Of a stretch of 64,000 nt of DNA, positions 1-9,446 are shown in pieces. The notes under the pieces were generated by a model. The model searched no databases. It was not told the origin of the DNA and saw nothing but the letters and a program-made list of their open reading frames with translations. The translations under genes were made by a program, and so were the position numbers. Origin of the DNA: an uncultured OCS116 cluster bacterium (GTDB lineage Bacteria > Pseudomonadota > Alphaproteobacteria > Rhizobiales > TMED25); contig CACPAS010000002.1 in the NCBI GenBank assembly GCA_902632055.1, positions 2,122 to 66,121 on the forward strand. Reading direction: 5' to 3'. Position 1 is the first letter of the stretch, and each line of letters starts with the position of its first letter.

Positions 1-509
1 CCTACGCAATAATAATATCAAAAAACGAAAACGAAAGACTCAAAAGGCAAGTTAGGATCAGAGCATTGGAGCAAAGTTTTAACTATGAAAATCAAGAGGG
101 TGATGGAACAGAAACAGGCATTACAACTTTTAGAGATAAGCTTTTTGAAACCGCAAGATTAGCGCCGCAGGATATTGGTGTATTGAGTATTTACGACGAC
201 TATCCTGCAATTGTACTTGCACAGCTGAATGATCTTAGAATAATAAAAGATGAAAAGCTTAGGGATTATCTAGATGGTATGAAAGAGAAAACTGAACCTG
301 TAAATACATGGGGTGGTATGCTCTCCGCGGGTCAACCAGGTGGTATGGCAGGAGGGTTGAATGGAATTGGTGAAGTTGTTTTACAGTTACAAAATAGGGC
401 TGGTGAGAGACAGTTAAATGACGTAAATTTTGGAATTGTTACGGGTTATGGCATGACTTTATATAGACATGGTGGGACAGTTGCAGCAGCAATATTAGAG
501 GCCATATAA
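1..509 (+). CDS. thiolase-like (SCP2/nsLTP-type) protein, C-terminal part; 5' end lies outside the window
   Basis: The frame is open from base 3 to the stop at 507-509. It has a Gly-rich thiolase C-terminal region (GGMLSAGQPGGMAGG, NFGIVTGYG). It is directly followed by a DUF35 gene, the usual partner. Confidence 0.7.
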   Translation, partial: YAIIISKNENERLKRQVRIRALEQSFNYENQEGDGTETGITTFRDKLFETARLAPQDIGVLSIYDDYPAIVLAQLNDLRIIKDEKLRDYLDGMKEKTEPVNTWGGMLSAGQPGGMAGGLNGIGEVVLQLQNRAGERQLNDVNFGIVTGYGMTLYRHGGTVAAAILEAI

Positions 510-821
510 ATGGAAAAGTTATTTATTCAAAAATGTAGCAAATGTAATAAATGTACATTTCCAAAAAAATATTTTTGTTCAGATTGTGGTGGCACTGAAT
601 TCGATATGATAAGCATTAATGAAGGAAAAGTACAAGAGATATCCGTTATTCGGCATATGCTTGGACAAAAGGATTGGACGCCAAGAAAAATTGCAAATAT
701 AGAGACCACATTAGGTGTATATATAACTGCCGGAATTGAAGATACTGCAAAAGTAGGTGACATGCTTGAGATATATTCTGATAATGGTGCCCCTGTTGGT
801 AAAGTAATAAAGGAGAGATAA
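510..821 (+). CDS. DUF35 OB-fold/zinc-ribbon acyl-CoA-associated protein
   Basis: 103 aa with an N-terminal CxxC...CxxC ribbon (CSKCNKC...CSDCGG) followed by an OB-like tail. Its ATG abuts the upstream TAA. Confidence 0.7.
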   Translation: MEKLFIQKCSKCNKCTFPKKYFCSDCGGTEFDMISINEGKVQEISVIRHMLGQKDWTPRKIANIETTLGVYITAGIEDTAKVGDMLEIYSDNGAPVGKVIKER

Positions 822-2452
822 TGTACACTTGTGATTTTATCGCGAAGTATTTGAAAAAGAGAGGTGTAAAGCAAGTATTTGGAACACCTGGTAGTGACAC
901 AATTAATTTAATCAATGCATTCGCAAATCAGGGCATAAACTATGTTTTGACCCATCATGAGAATACTGCGGCATATATGGCATCAACATATGGTGAAATA
1001 ACAGGAATACCGGGCGTTGTAATTGTTACTAAAGGACCTGGTATAACAAATCTTGCGTCGGGAATAGCATCAGCTCACCTTGACCGAAGGCCAATAATCA
1101 TTTTCTCTGCAATAATAGACCCTGAGCTTTTATCAAAGAATCCTCATCAAGAGGTCCCATTAGTAGCATTTGGTGGTTTGATAACAAAACTATCTGAAGA
1201 GTTAACCTCATCTAATGCAACTACTCTTTTAGATAGAGCTTATAATATAGCGATAGATCCTCGCCCTGGAGCTGTCTACCTCCCAATTTCGCCAGTGCAG
1301 GCGATTACGGAGATTGATATAGATGAATCTGAAATTGATAGAATAATAACACGCACCAATAAATCAATAGCGGCAGATAAAATATCTATAAATAAGGCTG
1401 TCGATTTGATTAATGCATCCAAAAAACCGATTGTTGTTGCTGGGGTTGGTTCCGTAGCATCGAAAATATCGAATGAATTACTATCGTTTATTCATAAAAT
1501 TGATGCACCAGCTTGCGTGACCTTGCAGGCAGTAGGTAATGTTCCATGCAATGACTCACTCTATTTAGGTATGTATGGTTGGTTTGGTACTCCAATCGAC
1601 GAGATGCTTGAAGAAGCTGATTTAATAATCACAGTTGGTCTTGATGGTTGGGATATTATCAGACCGTATAAATCAAAAGTGCCTATAATATCTATTGATG
1701 ATGCTGATGTGAATGACAGAACATTTCAGCCTGTAAGTATTGGGCTAAAAGGCAATATGCCTGAGTCTCTAAACTCGCTACAAAACCTGCTAGGAGAGAG
1801 AGGAACGGATTTAGATTGGTTAGAGAAAGCAAAGAGTTGCTTCGAAAAAATTCACAATTTTGAGTTAGGTATAAGTTCAGAACATAGTGAGTCTAGTGGA
1901 ATAGCGCCACAAGCTGTATATAAGGAGATCAGGAAGGTTGTTCCCGAGGACACTATAATAGCAGCGGATGCTGGGGCACACAAATCACTTGCGTCTCAAG
2001 CGTGGTTGACAAACCTACCTTTAAAATATTTTGTATCCAATGGCCTCTCCCCAATGGGCTTTTCCCTTGGCGCTGCAATGGGTGCTAAATTGGCATTACC
2101 AAGTGCTCCTGTCATTTCATTCGTAGGCGACGGCGGTTTCTTGATGTATGCAGGTGAGCTCGCAACATGGAGGCGATTAAATATTGCAATGATACAAGTA
2201 ATTATGGTTGATAATGGCTTAACGCAAGTAAAATCTAAGCAGCTAAAGAAAGGATACAATACTGAGTCAACCAGCTTTGAAAAAATTGAATATAAAAAAA
2301 TTGTTGAGAGTTTTGGGATAGATGCCATAGAGGCTAATAATGTAACGGAGTTAGTTGATGGAATAAAGACGGCATTGCAATTAAATAAGCCAGTATCTAT
2401 AATTGTGAAATTAGATGGCAGTGAATATCTTAGAATGCCAAGCGCAGTATAA
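821..2452 (+). CDS. thiamine-diphosphate enzyme, acetolactate-synthase-like family
   Basis: 543 aa with the three-domain ALS layout. N-terminal Pyr domain (VFGTPGS, HENTAAYMA) and C-terminal TPP-Mg motif (GDGGFLM...VDNG). The start overlaps the DUF35 stop (ATAATG). Confidence 0.8.
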   Translation: MYTCDFIAKYLKKRGVKQVFGTPGSDTINLINAFANQGINYVLTHHENTAAYMASTYGEITGIPGVVIVTKGPGITNLASGIASAHLDRRPIIIFSAIIDPELLSKNPHQEVPLVAFGGLITKLSEELTSSNATTLLDRAYNIAIDPRPGAVYLPISPVQAITEIDIDESEIDRIITRTNKSIAADKISINKAVDLINASKKPIVVAGVGSVASKISNELLSFIHKIDAPACVTLQAVGNVPCNDSLYLGMYGWFGTPIDEMLEEADLIITVGLDGWDIIRPYKSKVPIISIDDADVNDRTFQPVSIGLKGNMPESLNSLQNLLGERGTDLDWLEKAKSCFEKIHNFELGISSEHSESSGIAPQAVYKEIRKVVPEDTIIAADAGAHKSLASQAWLTNLPLKYFVSNGLSPMGFSLGAAMGAKLALPSAPVISFVGDGGFLMYAGELATWRRLNIAMIQVIMVDNGLTQVKSKQLKKGYNTESTSFEKIEYKKIVESFGIDAIEANNVTELVDGIKTALQLNKPVSIIVKLDGSEYLRMPSAV

Positions 2453-2466
2453 TAGGGAGAGAGTAA

Positions 2467-3069
2467 ATGAAAAGTCAACTTGATAAAAATTTGGGTGCAA
2501 GCACGATTGTCCCATTATTACCTAACGAAGAGTTTAGCTCGCAGTTTATGGTGCTAATTAAAGATCTAAATGAGGCAAAAGAAAGTTCAAGAATTAATAA
2601 TAGCGCGAGGGCAATGGCTCATTCTGACGATTTTGGTATGGCGTCTCGTAATTATTGGCAGTCAACATGGGAACTCGGGGAACTTTCCAAACCCTTTAAA
2701 GCGCTAATTAGATACAAAGTTGCCACTAGGAATACATGTTTCTATTGTTCGACTCACCAAATAGAGCATTTAAGAAGATTGGGTGTTGATGAGAATAAAA
2801 TTAAGAATATTCAAGACTCTGATCAACACGAAGCATTCACGGAGGCAGAAAAGGCAGCTCTTAGTTTTGTTGATCATATGATGATTGATGCATCAAATAT
2901 TCCAAATGCAGTTGCTGATAATTTTAAGAGTCATTACACACCAAAGCAAATGGTTGAGATAGCTCTGACAGCAACGGTTATGGTCTCCCTAAATTTATTT
3001 AATGATGCATTTAGAATACCAATTGAAGACGAGGTTGTTGGAATAGGCCTAGATGTACCAGAGCTATAA
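2467..3069 (+). CDS. carboxymuconolactone decarboxylase / AhpD-like family protein
   Basis: 200 aa with a CFYCSTH (CxxC..H) motif typical of the CMD/AhpD fold. It is a paralogue-like match to ORF 26421-27083. Confidence 0.6.
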   Translation: MKSQLDKNLGASTIVPLLPNEEFSSQFMVLIKDLNEAKESSRINNSARAMAHSDDFGMASRNYWQSTWELGELSKPFKALIRYKVATRNTCFYCSTHQIEHLRRLGVDENKIKNIQDSDQHEAFTEAEKAALSFVDHMMIDASNIPNAVADNFKSHYTPKQMVEIALTATVMVSLNLFNDAFRIPIEDEVVGIGLDVPEL

Positions 3070-3088
3070 TTTTTGATTTATCTTTTAG

Positions 3089-4063
3089 TTATAATCTAAA
3101 TATCCTTGAAGCATTACCGTTCAGTATCTTAACCTTATCCTCTTTTGATATTGAGATATTTTCAAACCAATCTGCGCCAAGTTTATTATCTATAAAGGGC
3201 CAGTCTATAGCAAATAGTATCCTATCAACCCCCATTTCTTGCATGCAACACAATAATGCGGGATCGGAGAAATTACCGCTTGTTGTAACATAAAAATTAT
3301 TACAAAAAACTTCTCTGAATTCTATTGGAGCATTACCAGGCCTCTTTAAATTATGGTTAACTCTCCATAGCAAGAAAGGTAAAGTCTCACCAAGATGTCC
3401 TAAAATAATTTTAAGATTTGGTATCTTCTCGAATACCCTTGACAGGACTAGCCTAATTGCCATTGTTGCTGTTTCTACAGTATATCCCCATGCAGCTTGT
3501 TGGAACAGAGCAAATTCCTCTGTGTAATCCTGATAGTAGGTTTTTCTTACTTCGTGATGAGGCATGCCCGGATGTAGATATATAGGTACATCAAGTTTTG
3601 CTGCGGTTTCGTACACTGGCCAGGAGTCCTTTCCGTCGTCAAATCGTGAATTCGTGAGTCCATGAATCATGCCGCCCACAAATTTTAGATCTTTAACGGA
3701 TCTTTCAAGCTCTCTCGCAGCTGCTTCTGGATTCTGCATTGGTAACGAGGCGAAAGCTCTAAATCTTTTTGGGTTTTCTGATATTTTTTTTGCTAAGTAG
3801 TCATTTGTCATTTTGGCCGCATCAACTGCAACATCCAAAGGTAAATTATGAATGCCCGGAGGCGCTATCGAGAGGATCTGGATGTCAATGCCTGCCGCAT
3901 CCATTTCTTCGATTCTTTCACCACCAAAATCTTCCATTCGTGCGACTATTTTAGGATTTCTTATTTTGCTATTTTTAGTACTTTCCTCTTGCAGTTTTGT
4001 GATATTCGGATCTATGTAATGTTCCTCAATTGCAATTACCTTTTCAGTATCAAATATTGACAT
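3089..4063 (-). CDS. amidohydrolase-2 family non-oxidative decarboxylase (gamma-resorcylate decarboxylase/LigW/ACMSD-like)
   Basis: 324 aa, collinear by eye with 2,6-dihydroxybenzoate decarboxylase. Shared motifs: IAIEEHY, VPIYLHPG, ILGHLGE, TTSGNF, DRILFAIDWPF. Confidence 0.75.
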   Translation of the reverse strand: MSIFDTEKVIAIEEHYIDPNITKLQEESTKNSKIRNPKIVARMEDFGGERIEEMDAAGIDIQILSIAPPGIHNLPLDVAVDAAKMTNDYLAKKISENPKRFRAFASLPMQNPEAAARELERSVKDLKFVGGMIHGLTNSRFDDGKDSWPVYETAAKLDVPIYLHPGMPHHEVRKTYYQDYTEEFALFQQAAWGYTVETATMAIRLVLSRVFEKIPNLKIILGHLGETLPFLLWRVNHNLKRPGNAPIEFREVFCNNFYVTTSGNFSDPALLCCMQEMGVDRILFAIDWPFIDNKLGADWFENISISKEDKVKILNGNASRIFRL

Positions 4064-4126
4064 CTTTCCATTCCTAATCTTGTTTTTGATTTAATACTAT
4101 AGCAAAATTTTTATCATAGGAAAGTA

Positions 4127-5215
4127 TTACTTTTCCAAAATTATGAGATCATTAACATCAAATGATGCGTAAAGATTTTTGCCTATATTCAGCTCTTGTA
4201 GTGAGTTTCTGTGGATATTTTGAACATTGATATAAACTTTAGTTTCATTCACTAGTTCAATTGTGATGTAGCTCATATCACCATAATATGTCCAATTAGT
4301 GATAATGCCGTTCATACTAACTCTATTTTTCTGCTTATTGATTTCAGTCTCAATAATAATTTTTTCAGGTCTAATTCCCAACACACCATCTTTTGGTAAT
4401 TTAATATTTCGTTCGAGATTAATTTTTCCGAATGTATCACTATTAAAAACGATTTGATTGTCAATTACAGATGAAACACCTTCGATTATATTTATTCTGC
4501 CAAGAAACTCTGCACTGAATTTTTTTGATGGATATTCATACATATTTGTTGCGGTATTTGTCTCTATGATTTTCCCATTTTCCATGATTGCAATTTTCGA
4601 TGATATTGAGAGTGCTTCATCTTGATCATGAGTCACAAGCATAAACGTCATTTTTAGATTACGCTGAATGTTAACAAGCTCTTGTTGCATTTCCATTCTT
4701 AAATTTGCATCCAGTGCTGAGAGTGGTTCATCTAAAAGTACGATCTGTGGTTTATTCACAATTGCTCTAGCAAGTGCTACCCTTTGTCTTTGACCGCCTG
4801 AGAGTTCTGATGGAAGTTTTAAATCATAACCAACCATTTTTACAAGTTCGAGTATTTCTTCAACTCTTATTTTTATTTCGTCGCCACTTATTTTTTTTAA
4901 TTTAAGGCCAAATTCAATATTATCTCGTACACTCAGATGTGGGAACAATGCATATGACTGAAAGACCATGTTTACTGGCCTCTCGTTTGCAAGGACAGAA
5001 CTACAATCCTCATCATTTATAATAATAGTACCACTGTCCTGAGCTTCAAGGCCTGCTATTAATCTTAGGATGGTTGATTTTCCGCAACCAGATGGACCTA
5101 ATATGGTAAAAAAATCATTTTCCAAGATCTCTAACGAAACATCGTTTACAGCAGTAATATTTCCAAATCTTTTATTTAACTTTTTTAATTCAATTGAGGT
5201 CTTTTTCTTTATCAT
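4127..5215 (-). CDS. potA: ABC transporter ATPase, spermidine/putrescine (PotA) type
   Basis: Walker A GPSGCGKST, signature LSGGQRQR, Walker B VLLDEPLSALD and a C-terminal TOBE-like extension. It overlaps the upstream permease gene by 4 nt. Confidence 0.85.
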   Translation of the reverse strand: MIKKKTSIELKKLNKRFGNITAVNDVSLEILENDFFTILGPSGCGKSTILRLIAGLEAQDSGTIIINDEDCSSVLANERPVNMVFQSYALFPHLSVRDNIEFGLKLKKISGDEIKIRVEEILELVKMVGYDLKLPSELSGGQRQRVALARAIVNKPQIVLLDEPLSALDANLRMEMQQELVNIQRNLKMTFMLVTHDQDEALSISSKIAIMENGKIIETNTATNMYEYPSKKFSAEFLGRINIIEGVSSVIDNQIVFNSDTFGKINLERNIKLPKDGVLGIRPEKIIIETEINKQKNRVSMNGIITNWTYYGDMSYITIELVNETKVYINVQNIHRNSLQELNIGKNLYASFDVNDLIILEK

Positions 5216-6051
5216 TTCATTAGTTCTCTATTGCTTTTGGATAAAAACTTTATTGCAAAATATGTGCAAATTATAATTATCAAAATCAGTAATGTGGATA
5301 TAGCATTTATTTCTGGACTGACTCCAAATCTGACCATTGAATAAATTTTAACAGGAAGTGTTACACTATTTGGACCCGATGTAAAAAATGTAACGACAAA
5401 ATCGTCAAGCGATAGAGTAAAAGCAAGAAGAAAGGAGGCAACAAGCGCGGGGTTCACGAATGGAACTATTATTTTTCTGACTACTTGATATCTATTTGCA
5501 CCAAGATCTTGACCTGCCTCTAAAATTTCACTATTCAACATCGATAATCTTGCTCTGATTATGATCGCAACAAAAGGAAAAATGAATGAGACATGCGCAA
5601 TTATAATGCTTGATAAACTTAATGGCCATAATTGGAAATTTGGCCAGCTAATATAACTAAAGAAAACCAACATTGATATACCCATGCAAATTTCTGGGAT
5701 TATGATTGGAAACAGCAAAGCAATATCATAATATTTTTTTAAATAAAAATTAAATTTCCAGAGTGCAATCGCCGTTGTTAGGCCCAAAAAAGTTGAGATA
5801 ATTGTTGAAATTATTGCAATTGTGATAGAGTTTGAAAAAGCAACAAAGAGCATTTCATTTTCGAACAATTTTTCATAGTACTTGCTGGTAAATCCTCTCC
5901 AAACAATGTTTCGCTTTGAGTCATTGAAGCTAAACACAATTAAATTTATGATTGGCAGATACAAAATTATAAGAAATACAAGTGTTATTAATTTAAGAGC
6001 ACTATTTTTAGTATAATTGATTGGAGTGAAGTGTCTCATTCGTGCGCTCAT
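5212..6051 (-). CDS. potC: ABC transporter permease (PotC-like)
   Basis: 279 aa, multi-TM, with EAA loop EAGQDLGANRYQ. 4-nt overlaps with both neighbouring genes. Confidence 0.75.
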   Translation of the reverse strand: MSARMRHFTPINYTKNSALKLITLVFLIILYLPIINLIVFSFNDSKRNIVWRGFTSKYYEKLFENEMLFVAFSNSITIAIISTIISTFLGLTTAIALWKFNFYLKKYYDIALLFPIIIPEICMGISMLVFFSYISWPNFQLWPLSLSSIIIAHVSFIFPFVAIIIRARLSMLNSEILEAGQDLGANRYQVVRKIIVPFVNPALVASFLLAFTLSLDDFVVTFFTSGPNSVTLPVKIYSMVRFGVSPEINAISTLLILIIIICTYFAIKFLSKSNRELMK

Positions 6052-6992
6052 GATATATTCCCCGGGTAAAGCCGTGAGTAGAGTTTTGAATAGACATATC
6101 TCACTCCTAAAATTATTATTGTTATATATATTAAAATAAATGATAGTGCTGAGCCAAAAGGCCAGTCATTTGCAGATTTAAATTGTCTCTCAATTATATT
6201 TCCAATCATTTGCGAATCTGCGCCGCCTAATAGCTCTGGTATTATAAATGAGCCTAAACAGGGTATGAATACCAAGATTATACCCGAAGTAATTCCTACA
6301 CTAATATTTGGTATGATTATTTTGAAAAAAACTATTTTATGATTTGCCCCTAGATCATAAGCAGCCTCGAGCATATTTCTATCAATTTTCTCTAAGACAA
6401 GATAAATTGGGATTATTACAAAGGGAACGTAAATGTAGCATAATCCAAGGATTACAGAAAAATTATTATGCATCAAGCTCAGAGGAATGAAGCTTTCTCC
6501 AATAAAATTATAACTAGCCAAACGAAAAAAGTTTAAAACGTGATTGGCAGACTCCCATAAACTCTCTAGGGTATTATTTACATGCCCCTTTGTTCTGAGT
6601 ATTGCAATTAGGGAGTATGTTCGAATCAACAAATTAGTCCATAGTGGCAGCAGTATAGAAACCAGTAAAATTGATTTTATTTTTGTAGACGAAAAGCTGA
6701 TATAGAAAGCAACTGGTATTGCAATAAGTAAACACAGAGCGGTTGTAATAATACTAATAACTACTGATTTAAATAGCGTAACTAAATAAACACCGTCAAT
6801 CGCGCGCACATAATTTGCCAGACCCCAACTATAATCAATGTCAATAATATCTACTTTTTGACCATAGCTCATGGAAAAAACGATAAATAATGGAATTAAA
6901 AAGAAAAGAAAAAGCCACGATAGGCCGGGCAAAAGTAGGAGGAGGAAAAATTTGCCCCTCACAGCCCAACTAGCCATCATTATGTCTTTCAA
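6048..6992 (-). CDS. potB: ABC transporter permease (PotB-like)
   Basis: 314 aa, multi-TM, with EAA loop EAAYDLGANHKI. Confidence 0.75.
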   Translation of the reverse strand: MKDIMMASWAVRGKFFLLLLLPGLSWLFLFFLIPLFIVFSMSYGQKVDIIDIDYSWGLANYVRAIDGVYLVTLFKSVVISIITTALCLLIAIPVAFYISFSSTKIKSILLVSILLPLWTNLLIRTYSLIAILRTKGHVNNTLESLWESANHVLNFFRLASYNFIGESFIPLSLMHNNFSVILGLCYIYVPFVIIPIYLVLEKIDRNMLEAAYDLGANHKIVFFKIIIPNISVGITSGIILVFIPCLGSFIIPELLGGADSQMIGNIIERQFKSANDWPFGSALSFILIYITIIILGVRYVYSKLYSRLYPGNIS

Positions 6993-7009
6993 ACGGAATC
7001 ATCAGCAAC

Positions 7010-8080
7010 TCATGAAGCAAGTACACGAGTCCAAGTATCTTGGATCATCCTACTTACTTCTTCTCCTTGGTAAAGCATATTTTCGCATAATCTAACTGTC
7101 TCATCTGGCGGAAATATTGCTGGGTTTGATTTATAATTATCATCCATTAATTCTCTTGCGGCTCTATTTGGTGTAGCATATTGAATATAATCAGCGAGCT
7201 CTGCCCCAATATCAGCGCGTAAAATAAAATTAATGAATTTATGAGCATTATCTCTGTGAGGAGCGTCTTTTGGGATACAAAGGCAATCCTCCCAAATTAT
7301 ACTACCCTCTTTTGGAACTATATAGCTTATATTGTCATCCTCGAGCATAACTTGCGCAATGTCACCATTATATTCCTGAGCCAAAATAACGTCACCAGAG
7401 GCAAGCAAATCTTGACCGTTATCTTCAGCAAAAACTTTAATATGTTTTTTTTGAGCAATTAATAATTCTTCGGCTTCTTTATATTCTTTTGCGTTTTTGG
7501 TATTTGCGGAATAACCTAAATATTTGAGTGCGCAGGCAATAACGTCTGTTGCTTCAGACAAAAGTGAAATGTTTCCAGAGTATACTTTTGAGTCATACAT
7601 GTGTGACCATGAGTCAGGGTCGGTATGGACTCTTTTTTTATCGTAACCAATGCCAATTGTACCCCACATATAAGGTATGGAATAATCTCTGTTAGGATCA
7701 AATACTGGATTTAAAAATTTTTCATCAATATTTCCCATATTCAATATCTTATCTTGATTGATTCTCTCTAGCATTCCTGCTTTGACCATTTTTTCTACAT
7801 ATATATCTGAAGGAACGATAATGTCATATCCAGGATTGCCCTCCCTTAGCTTTGAAAATAATTCATCATTATCGGCAAAGAAATCAATATTTGTTTTTAC
7901 ACCTTCTGAATTCGCGAAGTCCGATAATGTATTTTCTCCAATATAATCATCCCAATTGTAAAAATTGAGCTCATTATGGTTTTTGGCTAATGAATTTAAT
8001 GGCAACAAAGTGAGGCCAATTGCAGTAGCAGATGTGCCTGCTAAAAAATTTCTTCTAGATATGTGATATTTACTAGTAAT
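7010..8080 (-). CDS. potD: periplasmic substrate-binding protein, PotD/PotF family, with Tat-type signal; start codon non-canonical or frame-shifted
   Basis: The body resembles polyamine-binding proteins (NFYNWDDYI, PYMWGT.GIGY). The in-frame upstream codons 8080-8009 encode ..HISRRNFLAGTSATAIGLT, and there is no ATG/GTG/TTG before the TTG at 8008. ATT at 8080 sits 7 nt after a GGAGG. Confidence 0.7.
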   Translation of the reverse strand: MTSKYHISRRNFLAGTSATAIGLTLLPLNSLAKNHNELNFYNWDDYIGENTLSDFANSEGVKTNIDFFADNDELFSKLREGNPGYDIIVPSDIYVEKMVKAGMLERINQDKILNMGNIDEKFLNPVFDPNRDYSIPYMWGTIGIGYDKKRVHTDPDSWSHMYDSKVYSGNISLLSEATDVIACALKYLGYSANTKNAKEYKEAEELLIAQKKHIKVFAEDNGQDLLASGDVILAQEYNGDIAQVMLEDDNISYIVPKEGSIIWEDCLCIPKDAPHRDNAHKFINFILRADIGAELADYIQYATPNRAARELMDDNYKSNPAIFPPDETVRLCENMLYQGEEVSRMIQDTWTRVLAS

Positions 8081-8243
8081 TTAAACACCTCCATACAGAA
8101 ATATTCTCTATTTTACTTGATATCCCAACTTAAAATCAATATCAGCTTTTAACTTTATGTCAAATTTATTTTTCGTTTGTTTTCTGCAATATAAATTACT
8201 ATATATATAGAGTAAAAAAATTCATTTTAAGGGAATACTACCA

Positions 8244-9446
8244 ATGCATGAAATGTTTATTCAAACTGAAGAACAAAAAGCTATACTAGAAACAGTAAAG
8301 AAATTCGTAGACGATGTTGTCAAGCCTGTTGCAGTCGATCTTGACGGAAAATCAACGCCTGAAGAGCGATATTGTGGAGAGATAGTTAAAGAAGCAGATA
8401 AACTTGGCCTTCGAACAATGACTCTATCCGAAAAATATGGCGGTCTCAGTTTAGACTCACTAACCACTGCAATGGTTGTTGAAGAGTTGGCAGTGGGAGA
8501 CGTTGGTGTATCTGTTGTGATGGCTCAAACAATGAAACTTGCTACCATAATGGAAAAAGCCCTTAATGAAGAACAAGCTGAGAGAACACTAATTCCGTAC
8601 TCAAAAGATCCAGAGGCGGTTTTGGCTATCGGTATAACTGAACCTGATAATGCCTCAAACTATTTTTTACCATATCCGACTCCTTTCAGAACATCTGCTG
8701 AAAAAGTTGATGGTGGGTACGTTATAAATGGAATGAAACATTTTATATCAAATGGAAACAGAGCGAGCCACTATCTTTTATTTGTGCAAACAGAAAAAGG
8801 AAAGCCAATGCTGGAAGGGACTACCTGCTTCCTTCTAGAGAGAGGTCGTGAAGGTTTTACCATTGGTCGAGTGCACGATAAGTTGGGTGAAAGCCTTGCA
8901 AATAATGCTGAACTGATCTTTCAAGATTGTTTCATTCCAGATGAGAACATAGTTGGAGAAGTTGGTAAAGGGTTCCAATTGCTTCAAAAGTTCTTTCCGT
9001 CAAGCAACTCATTTGCAGCATCGAGCTGTTTGGGTGTTGGTGTTGCTCTATACGAAAAAGCTGAGCAATGGGCAAAAATACGAGTTCAAGGGGGTCGGCC
9101 GTTAATTGAACATGATGGCATTCGGGCTCAACTGGGTGAAATGAGAATGTTACTTGATGCAGCAAGATCATACACACACCGAGCCTGCTACTTAGCTGAC
9201 AACCAAGACAAGGGATGGGATTGGACATTGGGTGCCCTTCCAAAAGCGATGGCGAGTCAAGCTGTGTGGAAAATTGCTACATGGACAATGGAAGTTCACG
9301 GGGGACATGGATATATGAAAGAATTTGGAGTCTCAAAACTTTTAAGAGATGCAGCAGGATGGTTACATTCTGACGGGGTCAATAGAACTCTATTCTTAAA
9401 GGCGGCAAACTACATGTATGGTTTGGACCTTTACGATAAAAAGTAG
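8244..9446 (+). CDS. acyl-CoA dehydrogenase family flavoprotein
   Basis: 400 aa with the ACAD three-domain pattern (GITEPD.ASN, HFISNG, GGHGYMKEF..LLRDA). Asp377 sits where the canonical catalytic Glu is expected, by eye alignment. Confidence 0.8.
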   Translation: MHEMFIQTEEQKAILETVKKFVDDVVKPVAVDLDGKSTPEERYCGEIVKEADKLGLRTMTLSEKYGGLSLDSLTTAMVVEELAVGDVGVSVVMAQTMKLATIMEKALNEEQAERTLIPYSKDPEAVLAIGITEPDNASNYFLPYPTPFRTSAEKVDGGYVINGMKHFISNGNRASHYLLFVQTEKGKPMLEGTTCFLLERGREGFTIGRVHDKLGESLANNAELIFQDCFIPDENIVGEVGKGFQLLQKFFPSSNSFAASSCLGVGVALYEKAEQWAKIRVQGGRPLIEHDGIRAQLGEMRMLLDAARSYTHRACYLADNQDKGWDWTLGALPKAMASQAVWKIATWTMEVHGGHGYMKEFGVSKLLRDAAGWLHSDGVNRTLFLKAANYMYGLDLYDKK

